A model generated the notes under the pieces. It saw nothing but the letters and a program-made list of their open reading frames with translations. It had not been told where the DNA came from and searched no databases. This document shows, in pieces, positions 41,014-50,662 of a DNA stretch of 64,000 bases. The stretch lies in the NCBI GenBank assembly GCA_965212015.1, contig OZ243037.1:1184001-1248000 (forward strand), read 5' to 3'. Position numbers and translations under genes: made by a program. The stretch is from Cenarchaeum sp. Its GTDB lineage: Archaea; Thermoproteota; Nitrososphaeria; Nitrososphaerales; Nitrosopumilaceae. The first letter of the stretch is position 1; every line of letters begins with the position of its first letter.

Positions 41014-43860
41014 TTATCCGAGCTTTTCTAGCTCTGCCAGGTACTCGATCACCTTGATGAATTCCTGGTCTGATATGCGCCCCGCCACCCACCAGTCCGC
41101 CGCATCTTTCACCCATTCGGGAACGTCGGATTTTGCATCCTGCGCTATATAGGATATGATGGAATCGATTGCCTTTTTTGCATCATCAGAATTGTTGCCC
41201 TTTGTGAAAAACCCCGCATTGTTTTTTACCCATTCGGGCAGTGCATCCTCTGGCGGGATATATCCTCCGGTATCGCCGATGCGGACAGATACCGATCCGC
41301 GCTGCGTCAGCGAGTCTCGGTCCTCGCCCGCATACACCAGTACGGTGTGGTTTCCCGGTGTATCCGGTATCCAGGACAGCGCGGCAGACGCAGTCCTGTT
41401 TGCCGCTATCGTACCCGCAATGGAGCTTGCAGCAGAGTTTGCCGGCGCTATCTGGTATACGAACGGCAGCTCTGTGCCGTCCCTGCTGCGAATCTCTGCT
41501 GCAATGTGTACCATCTGGTTCTGCTCTAATACGGATACGCCCTCGCCGGCAGAGTTTACCGTCCTTATGTCGGATATTACCAGTGAGTCTGCCTGGGGTT
41601 TTTCCGTTATGTTTATTTTATCCTGTACCATGATGAATCCATGTGCGTGCCTGTCACGATCTCTGGCTATGTAGAAATGCAGTCCGGGTTCGTTGAATGT
41701 GAATGCAAAGGTGCTGCGTTGCGAGTCTCCTATGGCTTTCTTGCAAATACGGTGCTTTATTCCAAGTTTGTTATCGACTACAGGAATGCATTTTTCTGCA
41801 TTCATGCTCCATTGTATGGTGTCACCCACATCTACCTTGATGCCGTTTGGAACAATACACAGCGAGCCGGTACATCGATCGTCATTTTTGGAATCCGTGA
41901 TTAATACCTGGTTTGTTTCTGTAAATTCCACACCTAGCGCCTTTGTCGGGCAACTCCCCGACCAAAAACATTTTCTAGGATCATTATTGGCCCACAGTTC
42001 ACCATTATCACGATTCATAGATGCACCTTGGATTGTTATGTGCTCTGCACCCCTGAGAAACGGGATCTGCAAAGTGATTGCATCAGGGGATATGATCTTG
42101 TCTTCAATAGCCCTTATGCCGTCTACTGTGAGACGGAATTTATTATACAAAAATGCATGTGGTTTTATAACCTCTTGTGGCAGCGTGATGGTCAGTGATC
42201 CCGATTCCGTGGCAGTCATGTTTATCAGCATGAATGTGCCATATTCCTCACGTGAGTTAATAGAATCATAAAACGTCTCGACTGATTGTATGCTTCCCCC
42301 GTCCATGACATATTTTAGCTCATCACCCGTGTTTCTTATCTTTATAGTCTGTCCCGACTCTGTGGGAAGCACGTAGGGCGGGGGAAACAGCTTGTTGCCT
42401 GTTATCTCTATCGTGTTTTCGACTCCGGGCTCCAGGTGCGGAGTAAACCTTATGGTGTTGCTGATGGTGTTTTTTGTGCCAGAGACTCCGACATTTTCCC
42501 CATTGTGCGTCACTACAAACTCGTCGCCCAAAAGCGTGTACGGGATTGTCACCTCAAAGGGATACCTCTCCCGTCCAAAGCTCTTTGTCACAATCTCCAG
42601 CTTTTTATCCTCGGGCACAAACTCCATGCTGCATATGGTTCCAAGCTGCCTTGTAACTACCTCTAGCCCTTTTCCATTAGCATCTATAACAAACCTGTCC
42701 TTGTGGAATTCCTCGGGCTTTTCACGCCCGTCGTTTCTTACCGTCTCGCTTTGAAACTCTTCGCCGTGGGAAAGATCAAACCTTGATCCTCCAGCCTCAA
42801 AGCTTATCCTGATCTTTTTGTATCCGCAGCTGGTGCTCTCCAGGTGCTCTAGGTCCCCGACGCCCCTTCCATAGTGTTCCCTTTTTATCTCCCCGCCGTA
42901 CAGGTCAAGCTTGTCTACAAGCTCCCGGGGGTACTGGAGCGTTATGCTGCCCGAATCCTCCGTCATTATGGAAAACCCATGCTTGCCAAAGTGGGAAATC
43001 TCACCTGTGGTCATCTCGTAGGGTATGTCGTACAGATAGCTTGCAGTGTACAGCTTTGCCACCCCTTTTGTCCTGTCATCGTTCAGATAATGGAGCCCAA
43101 ACCCGTCGTATATCAGTCCCGTGGAAATTAACTTTACAAAGTCGTGCCTTGCAATGTTTGGCAGCTCGTCTACTGGCAGGACTATGTGCAGGGTGTTGGA
43201 CTTTGCCACCTTGTCCAGTGGGGGTATGTATCCTATTCTGTCGCCGGGTATGGCCTTTAGGACGTCAAGCAAAAGCTCCATGTTCTTGGAATTATACGTG
43301 ATTCCAGTCGTAAAATGCTGCTCCCCTATGTGTATCACCACATCCATCACGTCTATCATGTCGTTTTCTATTGCGTCCATAAAGTATGCAAACTGCCTGT
43401 CAAACTTTGGATTGTCCTTTATTCTCTGGGCTATGCTTGCGTCAGGATCATCAACGTGTGCCGGCTCCTTGGCTATTATTACGCCTACAAACCTGTGCTG
43501 TAAAATGTCCGGCAATACGGACGCCGGAATCGCAGCTTCTGCCACGTATCCAAAGACCGGATGCGACACTACTGTGGCGTTTACGTTATAGTGGTTTATC
43601 AAGAGTGACGCTATGGTCTCTGCGGTGAGCTTTATGGTGCCAGAATCATCGCCTAGCCTGTGCGGCACTATCATAAAGTTGTGCTCATACATTGCATTTT
43701 CATCTATCAGATGGAGTAGCTTGTCTGAGAATCCAAAGTACCTGTCGTCTGATCTTATCTGCTCTGACAGAGAGACCTCTTGTGCATGGGCGTAAAGCGG
43801 GACTACAAGCATGCATGCTGCCAAAACGAGCAACATGTGTGGATTTTGCATCGGATCCAC
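41014..43860 (-). CDS. Large secreted mosaic surface protein with thaumarchaeal PxWxK C-terminal repeats
   Basis: Signal peptide ending AHA-Q; repeated beta-sandwich modules (GSITLQYPREL, GSLTITLPQEV); cupredoxin-like module; LPEWVKNNAG and VPEWVKDAADWW...ISDQEF tail. Confidence 0.85.
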   Translation of the reverse strand: MDPMQNPHMLLVLAACMLVVPLYAHAQEVSLSEQIRSDDRYFGFSDKLLHLIDENAMYEHNFMIVPHRLGDDSGTIKLTAETIASLLINHYNVNATVVSHPVFGYVAEAAIPASVLPDILQHRFVGVIIAKEPAHVDDPDASIAQRIKDNPKFDRQFAYFMDAIENDMIDVMDVVIHIGEQHFTTGITYNSKNMELLLDVLKAIPGDRIGYIPPLDKVAKSNTLHIVLPVDELPNIARHDFVKLISTGLIYDGFGLHYLNDDRTKGVAKLYTASYLYDIPYEMTTGEISHFGKHGFSIMTEDSGSITLQYPRELVDKLDLYGGEIKREHYGRGVGDLEHLESTSCGYKKIRISFEAGGSRFDLSHGEEFQSETVRNDGREKPEEFHKDRFVIDANGKGLEVVTRQLGTICSMEFVPEDKKLEIVTKSFGRERYPFEVTIPYTLLGDEFVVTHNGENVGVSGTKNTISNTIRFTPHLEPGVENTIEITGNKLFPPPYVLPTESGQTIKIRNTGDELKYVMDGGSIQSVETFYDSINSREEYGTFMLINMTATESGSLTITLPQEVIKPHAFLYNKFRLTVDGIRAIEDKIISPDAITLQIPFLRGAEHITIQGASMNRDNGELWANNDPRKCFWSGSCPTKALGVEFTETNQVLITDSKNDDRCTGSLCIVPNGIKVDVGDTIQWSMNAEKCIPVVDNKLGIKHRICKKAIGDSQRSTFAFTFNEPGLHFYIARDRDRHAHGFIMVQDKINITEKPQADSLVISDIRTVNSAGEGVSVLEQNQMVHIAAEIRSRDGTELPFVYQIAPANSAASSIAGTIAANRTASAALSWIPDTPGNHTVLVYAGEDRDSLTQRGSVSVRIGDTGGYIPPEDALPEWVKNNAGFFTKGNNSDDAKKAIDSIISYIAQDAKSDVPEWVKDAADWWVAGRISDQEFIKVIEYLAELEKLG

Positions 43861-44081
43861 CTGCGAGCCGGTTGCTAATTATATATTACTCAGAATTCTA
43901 CAGTTCGTAATGTGTGATACGCGCAATCTCGGATCGGGTTTGTTTCTGATGCCCATTTGTCAAAAATCAGGCAAAAAACACCAATGGCGGCAATCTGTGG
44001 GATCCGCAAGTATCACAACATATCTGATCGATGAGGTGATTTGCAGTGACTAATAATCACCTCGATCGATACAATCCACAT

Positions 44082-44613
44082 ATGAGGAAATTCACATGTT
44101 TTTCGTTTATCGTACTGCTTTTGTCTTCTGTGATCACGTTTCCCATGTCCTCGGATGATTGCATATGGACAGGATCTGGGGGAAATCAGGGAATACCTGA
44201 CATCATCCCGCACAGGTGATGTATTTTACATCGACATACCAGAGGAATATGTTCTTTTTGGAAAGGACATCAATGTTTTTGCCGAGCTTGAAAGCAGTTC
44301 CAGTATTATCGAGCCTCGGCTACTAGAGTTTGCAGATACTGACGGCAACGGCATAGTCGATCAGGTGCGATGGAGCAATCCCTCGTCCCAGGCATCCGGT
44401 GACTCGTCTGGTCAAGATTATGTGTTTTATATTGATGCGGGGGAATCTAATTTCACGGATGCGGAAAAACAACTAGAAAAAATGCAAGACAGATTTGATG
44501 TAGGATTTTACAAGAAAACACTCGGCATGCTCAACGCCAAGGCATCCGGAAGCCTTCAGACACATCTTGATTCCGTGAGGGGCGAATCCGGAGGGTTTTT
44601 CATTCCCATCTAG
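44082..44613 (+). pseudogene. Frameshifted, truncated remnant of a secreted protein
   Basis: Signal-peptide-like MRKFTCFSFIVLLLSSVITFPMSS (ATG 44082) is one frame off the downstream ORF MIAYGQDLG... (44155-44613), which contains DTDGNGIVDQVRW. Confidence 0.6.
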
Positions 44614-44721
44614 TTATGCGGGGCCGGCCGCAGAGCCGGGGCACCGCAATTGCCCGCACCGGCCTGGTGTGCCGCCACACGAATATACGGATTTAAATTA
44701 TGCCAGCCTGACTTTACGCTG

Positions 44722-45555
44722 ATGCGGATAGGATGCCACGTGTCGATTTCAGGCGGAATCGACAGATCGGTGGATAATGCAGTGGAAAGAGAGTGCACGG
44801 CGTTTCAGATTTTTACGCGCAATCCCCGCGGATGGCGTGCCAAGGAGATTACCGATTCTGAGGCGGACGTGTTTGGGACAAAGCTGAAAAAAAGCGGCAT
44901 AGACAAATCGGCAGTATGCGTGCACATGCCGTATCTGCCAAACCTCTCGTCTACAAACGACGAGTCATACGCAAAGTCAGTCCAGACGCTAGTCGACGAG
45001 ATAAAGAGATGCGGCAAGCTGGGAATCCCGTACCTTGTGACCCATCTGGGCAGCCACCTGGGAGCAGGAGAGGAAAAGGGGATTGCCAGACTGGTAGGGG
45101 CGTACAAAAAGGCAGCCAAGGTAGAAAACGGCGTGACTGTCCTGCTTGAAAACACGGCGGGGCAGAAAAACTCTGTGGGCTCTGACTTTGGGCAGCTGGG
45201 ATCCATCTTTTCACAGCTGGGATCCGGTTTTGGAATATGCATCGACACGTGTCACGCGTTCGTCCACGGATATGACCTGCGTACACAAAAGGCGGTAAAA
45301 AATACGTTTGACGAGTTTGACAGCATTATAGGATTCGAGAATCTAAAGATTTTGCACCTCAATGACGCAAAGGGTGAGATCGGCTCAAAGCTTGACAGGC
45401 ACCAGCACATCGGCCTTGGAAACATAGGCAAAGCGGGCATGCAGGCCGCAGTCAGAATGGCCAAAAAGAGGGACATTCCCGTCGTGCTAGAGACGCCGAT
45501 AGACGACGAGCGGGACGATTTTGCAAACATCAGGATCGCGCGGGAGCTTGCATGA
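44722..45555 (+). CDS. nfo: Endonuclease IV (AP endonuclease)
   Basis: GCHVS, QIFTRNPR, HMPYLPNL, HLGSH, LLENTAG, CIDTCH, HLND, DRHQHIG, LETP motifs. Confidence 0.96.
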   Translation: MRIGCHVSISGGIDRSVDNAVERECTAFQIFTRNPRGWRAKEITDSEADVFGTKLKKSGIDKSAVCVHMPYLPNLSSTNDESYAKSVQTLVDEIKRCGKLGIPYLVTHLGSHLGAGEEKGIARLVGAYKKAAKVENGVTVLLENTAGQKNSVGSDFGQLGSIFSQLGSGFGICIDTCHAFVHGYDLRTQKAVKNTFDEFDSIIGFENLKILHLNDAKGEIGSKLDRHQHIGLGNIGKAGMQAAVRMAKKRDIPVVLETPIDDERDDFANIRIARELA

Positions 45556-45571
45556 CTGGAGATGATTTACG

Positions 45572-47026
45572 GTGGGTTATGACGAGGTAATGAAAATAGC
45601 GCTGGAGCGCGGGTTTTATTTTCCAAGCTGCGAGGTGTACAGCGACGCGCAGGCAGGTTTCTGGGAGTACGGACCGACCGGCGTATTGTTCAAGAATCGG
45701 TTTCTGGAGCTGTGGAGGCGCGAGCTGATCAGGCGCGATCAGATGATCGAGATTGACGGCTCGCAGATAATGTCCGGATCCGTCTTTGCGGCATCTGGGC
45801 ACCTGGAGGGCTTTGCAGATCCGATAATAAAATGCGCAAAGTGCGGCCTCACGCACAGGGCCGACAGGATGATCGCAGAGGCGGCGGGAATAGAGATTGC
45901 AGAAAATGCCAGCACAAAAGAGTTTGATGCGGCCGTCTCAGAGAACGGCATTGTATGCAAGAAATGCGGCGGCGGCTTTGAAAAGACGCAGAGGTTCAAC
46001 ATGATGTTCAGGGTGGGAATCGGTCCCGGAGGCGAGCCGGCATACCTCAGGCCGGAGACCTGCCAGTCGATTTTCGTGGACTTTCCAAGGCTGTTTAAGA
46101 CCATGCGCGGAAGGCTTCCACTGGGAATAGCGCAGGTGGGAAAGAGCTTTAGAAACGAGATATCCCCCAGGCAGAGTCTTTTGCGACTGAGGGAGTTTTA
46201 CCAGGCAGAGATCGAGGTATTTTACAATCCGAAAAAACCAGACGCAGTGGCCTTTGACGAGGTAAGGGACACGGTTCTTCGAATACAGACAGGCGGCGCA
46301 CTCAAAGAGATGACGTGCGGGGAGGCAGCAGAGTCCGGTGTGATACCGGACAGGTTTACTGCGTACTATCTCGGGCTGCTTGCGGGGTTTTATGAAAAGA
46401 CGGGCATTGATGTAAAGAGGAGCAGGTTCAGAGTGCTGGATGAAAAGGAGAGGGCGTTTTATGCAAAGGTCGCCTTTGACTTTGAGGTGGAGACTGCCAC
46501 CGGATGGCTGGAGCTCGTCGCGTGCAACTATAGATCCGACCACGATCTGTCGGGTCACGCCGGCAAGAGCGGGGAAAAGTTCGAGGTGATGGACGGCGAG
46601 GAAAAGGTGCTGCCGCACGTCTTTGAGATATCCATGGGAGTTGATCGAAGTTTGTACGCCATACTGGAGCACAGCCTGAGGGACGATGAGAAAAACGAGA
46701 GGACGCTGCTGGCGCTAAGGCCGTACCTGGCGCCGGTCCAGGTGGGCGTCTTGTCGCTGGTAAAAAAAGACGGCCTGCGGGAAAAGACCGACGAGGTGTT
46801 TCGCATTCTGAGGGGGGATTTTGACGCATTTTTGGATCATTCCGGCGCAATAGGAAGGCGGTACAGGAGGCTAGACGAGATCGGCGTGCCGTACGCAGTA
46901 ACGATAGACCATCAGACGCTCAAGGACGACACCGTGACCGTGCGGCTCAGGGATTCCATGGAGCAGAGCCGCGTGGGGATTCCGGAGCTAAAAAAGATGA
47001 TGCGCGACGGGCTAGCGGTTTTCTGA
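45572..47026 (+). CDS. glyS: Glycine--tRNA ligase (alpha2 type)
   Basis: EYGPTG, SGHLEGF, FNMMF, YLRPETCQ, GKSFRNEISPR, REFYQAE, IGRRYRRLDEIG motifs. Confidence 0.97.
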   Translation: MGYDEVMKIALERGFYFPSCEVYSDAQAGFWEYGPTGVLFKNRFLELWRRELIRRDQMIEIDGSQIMSGSVFAASGHLEGFADPIIKCAKCGLTHRADRMIAEAAGIEIAENASTKEFDAAVSENGIVCKKCGGGFEKTQRFNMMFRVGIGPGGEPAYLRPETCQSIFVDFPRLFKTMRGRLPLGIAQVGKSFRNEISPRQSLLRLREFYQAEIEVFYNPKKPDAVAFDEVRDTVLRIQTGGALKEMTCGEAAESGVIPDRFTAYYLGLLAGFYEKTGIDVKRSRFRVLDEKERAFYAKVAFDFEVETATGWLELVACNYRSDHDLSGHAGKSGEKFEVMDGEEKVLPHVFEISMGVDRSLYAILEHSLRDDEKNERTLLALRPYLAPVQVGVLSLVKKDGLREKTDEVFRILRGDFDAFLDHSGAIGRRYRRLDEIGVPYAVTIDHQTLKDDTVTVRLRDSMEQSRVGIPELKKMMRDGLAVF

Positions 47027-47659
47027 GTAATACTTGCATAGTTTTTTTATACCGCAGACTTTGCACATTGGGGATACGGGCTTGCAGATGTTCTGCCCGT
47101 ACATGACAAACGTATTGTTGACGCGCAGCCAGTATTTTTTTGGAATTTTTTTGACTAGCTGCTCCTCTGTCTGCTCGGGGGTCTTTGTTTTTACCAGGCC
47201 GATGCGGTTTGAGATGCGGTGCACGTGAATGTCCACGGGTATCGCCGGCTTTTCATAGGCGTATACCAGAACACAGTTGGCAGTCTTTCTGCCCACGCCC
47301 GGAAGCCGAATCAGCTCATCCACGTTATCTGGAACCGTACCGCCGTGCTCGTCGCGTATGATTCGTGCAACGTCTATGATTCTTTTTGCCTTTACGTGAT
47401 AAAAGCCGATGGACTTTATGATCCGCTCGACGTCTTTGATTTTTGCCGATGCCAGCTCGTCTGGGGTGGCGTATGCCTGAAATAGTCTCTTGACCACTCT
47501 TGCGGTGTTCTCGTCCCTGGTGCGCGCAGACAGGATTGTGCCGATCAATATGCTAAACGGGTTTCCCATCTCTGCGTCATGCAGCTCCTGCAGTGCGGTA
47601 ATTCTGGGCGGCTTTGCCTCGTTCATTGTCTTCATCATCCCGTCAAGTATGCGCTTCAT
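47012..47659 (-). CDS. nth: Endonuclease III
   Basis: ILSARTRD, HhH LPGVGRKTANCV, PVDIHVHR, Fe-S motif Cx6Cx2Cx5C. Confidence 0.96.
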   Translation of the reverse strand: MKRILDGMMKTMNEAKPPRITALQELHDAEMGNPFSILIGTILSARTRDENTARVVKRLFQAYATPDELASAKIKDVERIIKSIGFYHVKAKRIIDVARIIRDEHGGTVPDNVDELIRLPGVGRKTANCVLVYAYEKPAIPVDIHVHRISNRIGLVKTKTPEQTEEQLVKKIPKKYWLRVNNTFVMYGQNICKPVSPMCKVCGIKKLCKYYSENR

Positions 47660-47714
47660 GGGGTCTTGTATTGTAGTGGGTTCTGTAAAGCTATCGGAGT
47701 CTGGGATCCTTTGA

Positions 47715-47840
47715 TCGTACTATGGAGACGGAAACTGGTGCATATATGTTGAAAAATCATGGGCATGCGATATATCCTATGATCCAAATAATGTTCCTCG
47801 AATAATAAAACAACACTATCCTGCACTATCCAATGATTGA
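47715..47840 (+). pseudogene. Possible start-less 3' gene remnant
   Basis: AT-rich open frame of 41 codons (SYYGDGNWCIYVEKSWACDISYDPNNVPRIIKQHYPALSND) bounded by stops. Confidence 0.3.
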
Positions 47841-47979
47841 GAGCTTTCCTGTCATTTCGTTAATCGCCTATCAAGCAAATTAGGCGGAATCGATAAATTA
47901 AGAGAAATTTCATTTGTGCTCAGACTTTACAAAACCCTGCTGCAATCCACTTATCTATCATGGTTTTCCATCATACTCT

Positions 47980-49005
47980 ATGGCAGCATTCAAAATCCTT
48001 GGAATTCTGGCAATGCTGGCAGCAGGCATGATTACCACACCCGATGTATTTGCCACACAGTGCAGCGAGGACAAAAATCCCATAATGTCGCCAAGTGGAA
48101 AACTGGCTTGTGTGTTTGATGATACGTTTGCCAAACTCTTGGAGAGGGGATGGAGTATGCCAACTTTGGACGAGCAGAATATACAAACTGATGGTTCTGT
48201 TGTACCGACTATAGACACATGGAACACGAAAGATTTTGTAATATCACATGATCCAGATACAACGCCTCCTTTGATAACTATTGACCGGTTGTTTCCACTG
48301 CTAGAGATCGAAATACCAAAGTCGACGCCGATAAACGATGTCATGAACATAACCATACACTATGACTATTCACCAAGATATAACATATTCGATAACGAGG
48401 AATGGACGGAATTTAATCCTGCAAACTTAAGAAACACAATATCGATACGTCCAAACGTATACGGTGAATTTATGGGACCAGAGATGTATTTCAGACACAC
48501 AAAACATTTGGAAATGATCAGTGACTTTCCTTTGTTGGAGCGTTATCCTCCTAGCACCGACTATTATGGCGAAGGACTGTATTCGTATTGGATAACCCTG
48601 CCATACATTGGAAACATACCGCATACGGAACAGATATCATTTAAGGTAAAAAAACCAATGCTGTACGACCAGGAAGAATTTCACATGTCAATGTGGCATG
48701 GCATATACCCACCAATACAGACCAATTGGTATTCCTCGACTAATGACGGCAGACTGACCATGTCTCCGGTTCCAATATATTTCGAAGGCATATTTGATGA
48801 ATTTCCACGAAGAGGTCAGGGAGAATTCAACTTGTCCGGCCAGTATACAATAGACAAGCCGGGTACGGAATCCATCGATTTGGATCAGATAGACAGTCTT
48901 GTTCCAGATATTCAAAGGGAGATACACAAATGGCTGGCAAAGATGAACGTCGGAGTGAACCAATTACTGGCAGACGGAATATCATTCAGACAAGACATCT
49001 TTTAG
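47980..49005 (+). CDS. Secreted hypothetical protein with thaumarchaeal C...ACV...KL..RGW module
   Basis: Signal peptide ending VFA-T; CSEDKNPIMSPSGKLACVFDDTFAKLLERGW; AT-rich relative to flanks. Confidence 0.75.
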   Translation: MAAFKILGILAMLAAGMITTPDVFATQCSEDKNPIMSPSGKLACVFDDTFAKLLERGWSMPTLDEQNIQTDGSVVPTIDTWNTKDFVISHDPDTTPPLITIDRLFPLLEIEIPKSTPINDVMNITIHYDYSPRYNIFDNEEWTEFNPANLRNTISIRPNVYGEFMGPEMYFRHTKHLEMISDFPLLERYPPSTDYYGEGLYSYWITLPYIGNIPHTEQISFKVKKPMLYDQEEFHMSMWHGIYPPIQTNWYSSTNDGRLTMSPVPIYFEGIFDEFPRRGQGEFNLSGQYTIDKPGTESIDLDQIDSLVPDIQREIHKWLAKMNVGVNQLLADGISFRQDIF

Positions 49006-49133
49006 ATCCCAGTTCCACCATGGAATAAGAAACGATCACGGGCCGACATTTCAGGCCCCCCAGTACGTACTCCTGCATGCCTCCGGATGCGGCACAATGC
49101 AAGTGTTATATCCGCCACAATACAAAGACAGGC

Positions 49134-50282
49134 ATGGAGCTGACAAGGGAAGAAGAGCTCGCACTGGGGGGCGAAAAGGGCGAGGTCATGCAGCTTGCAT
49201 ACAGAATTCTGGTCGCAACCGGCGAGGCCACCGACGCTGAGCGTCTCATACCGATAAAATGGGCGCACCTTTCTGGCGTCAACTATAACACAATCGGCGA
49301 TGCGGGAATGGAGTTTCTTGCCGGCCTGAGCCGCAACGCGCGAGTCGCAGTAAGGACGACTCTGAATCCCATGGGGTACGACATTGACAGCGTCTCAAGA
49401 TATCACATAGGCGAGGATTTTATAAAAAAACAGGAGAGCATAAGGGAGTCGTACGTGAGGATGGGCGTCACCCCGTCGTTCTCGTGCATTCCCTACGAGA
49501 TATTCGACCTGCCAGAAAAAGAGACGCAGGTATCCTTTGCGGAAAGCAATGCGGCAATATTCGCAAACTCTATGACTCCGATGAAGACCAACAAGGAGAG
49601 CGCGTTTAGCGCCCTTGCAAGCGCGCTGACCGGAAAGAGCCCGTATTCCGACCTGAGAAAGGACGGCGATCCCGGCATGACTATCAGGATGAAGATCAAA
49701 AATCCCAGCGAGATGGCGTACGGCATGCTAGGATACTTTGCCGGCAAGATTGCCGGCAGTTCTGCGAGAATCTCCGGCGTAAGCGGGCTTGACAGGCGCA
49801 GCTGCAAGTCAATGTGCGGCGGCATGGGAACATCCGGCACGTGCGGCAGGTTTGTCCTGGGAGACGGCGGCGCAGAGGGCGTGGACTTTGGCAAAAAAGA
49901 GATGCAGGACATACATGACGAGCTAAACACGGCAGAAAAAGGGGACCTTGTCACGCTTGGAAGCCCGCAGCTGGGGCTGGGCGAGATGTCGGATCTCTCA
50001 TCAATGCTAAAGGGAAGGTCGTTCAAAAAGCGGTGCATGGTGTTCTGCCCTAGAATAGTGCAGGAGCAGGCAAGGAGTCTGGGCCACACAAACGAGATAG
50101 AGAGGGCCGGATGCGAGATTCTGTCGGACTGTTGCACGTGCCTGACTCCTCTGATCGACTGCAGCGAGGTGGATTCTGTGACTACCAACAGCATAAAGGG
50201 CGCCTATTACATGAAAAACTCCAACAAGGTCGGCATAAACCTGAAACCGCTCTCGGACATAATAAGGGACGAGACGGCATGA
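49134..50282 (+). CDS. Aconitase X catalytic subunit (probable phosphomevalonate dehydratase large subunit)
   Basis: AHLSGVNYNTIGDAG, TTLNPMG, SFSCIPY, AESNA, TNKES, LGSPQ, DCCTCLTP, TNSIKGAYY motifs. Confidence 0.9.
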   Translation: MELTREEELALGGEKGEVMQLAYRILVATGEATDAERLIPIKWAHLSGVNYNTIGDAGMEFLAGLSRNARVAVRTTLNPMGYDIDSVSRYHIGEDFIKKQESIRESYVRMGVTPSFSCIPYEIFDLPEKETQVSFAESNAAIFANSMTPMKTNKESAFSALASALTGKSPYSDLRKDGDPGMTIRMKIKNPSEMAYGMLGYFAGKIAGSSARISGVSGLDRRSCKSMCGGMGTSGTCGRFVLGDGGAEGVDFGKKEMQDIHDELNTAEKGDLVTLGSPQLGLGEMSDLSSMLKGRSFKKRCMVFCPRIVQEQARSLGHTNEIERAGCEILSDCCTCLTPLIDCSEVDSVTTNSIKGAYYMKNSNKVGINLKPLSDIIRDETA

Positions 50283-50662
50283 CCATAAAGGTGATAGTCT
50301 CCGGAAGGGTCAGCGGTATAGTGGTAAAGTCGTCTGACCCGATAAACTTTCTGGGCGGCGTGGACAAAAAGACCGGAATGATAAAGGATGCAAAATACGA
50401 CATTGCCGGCAGATCAATTGGCAGTGCCATACTCGTGTTTCCGCACGGGGTTGGAAGCAGCGTGGGGGCGTACACCATCTATTCCCTAAAGGCCAATGAC
50501 TGCGCCCCGCGCGCCATGATCTGCACAAAGGCGGATCTGACAGTCGCCTCCGGATGCGCCCTTGCGGACATTCCGTTCGTTATAGTGGACGCAGAACAGT
50601 TCGATTCCATTGCAGATAACACACAGATAACGCTGGATACCGGGACGCGCTCAATCACCTAG
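50279..50662 (+). CDS. Aconitase X swivel subunit (DUF126; probable phosphomevalonate dehydratase small subunit)
   Basis: INFLGGVDKKTG, LVFPHGVGSSVG motifs; overlaps the large-subunit stop. Confidence 0.9.
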   Translation: MTIKVIVSGRVSGIVVKSSDPINFLGGVDKKTGMIKDAKYDIAGRSIGSAILVFPHGVGSSVGAYTIYSLKANDCAPRAMICTKADLTVASGCALADIPFVIVDAEQFDSIADNTQITLDTGTRSIT

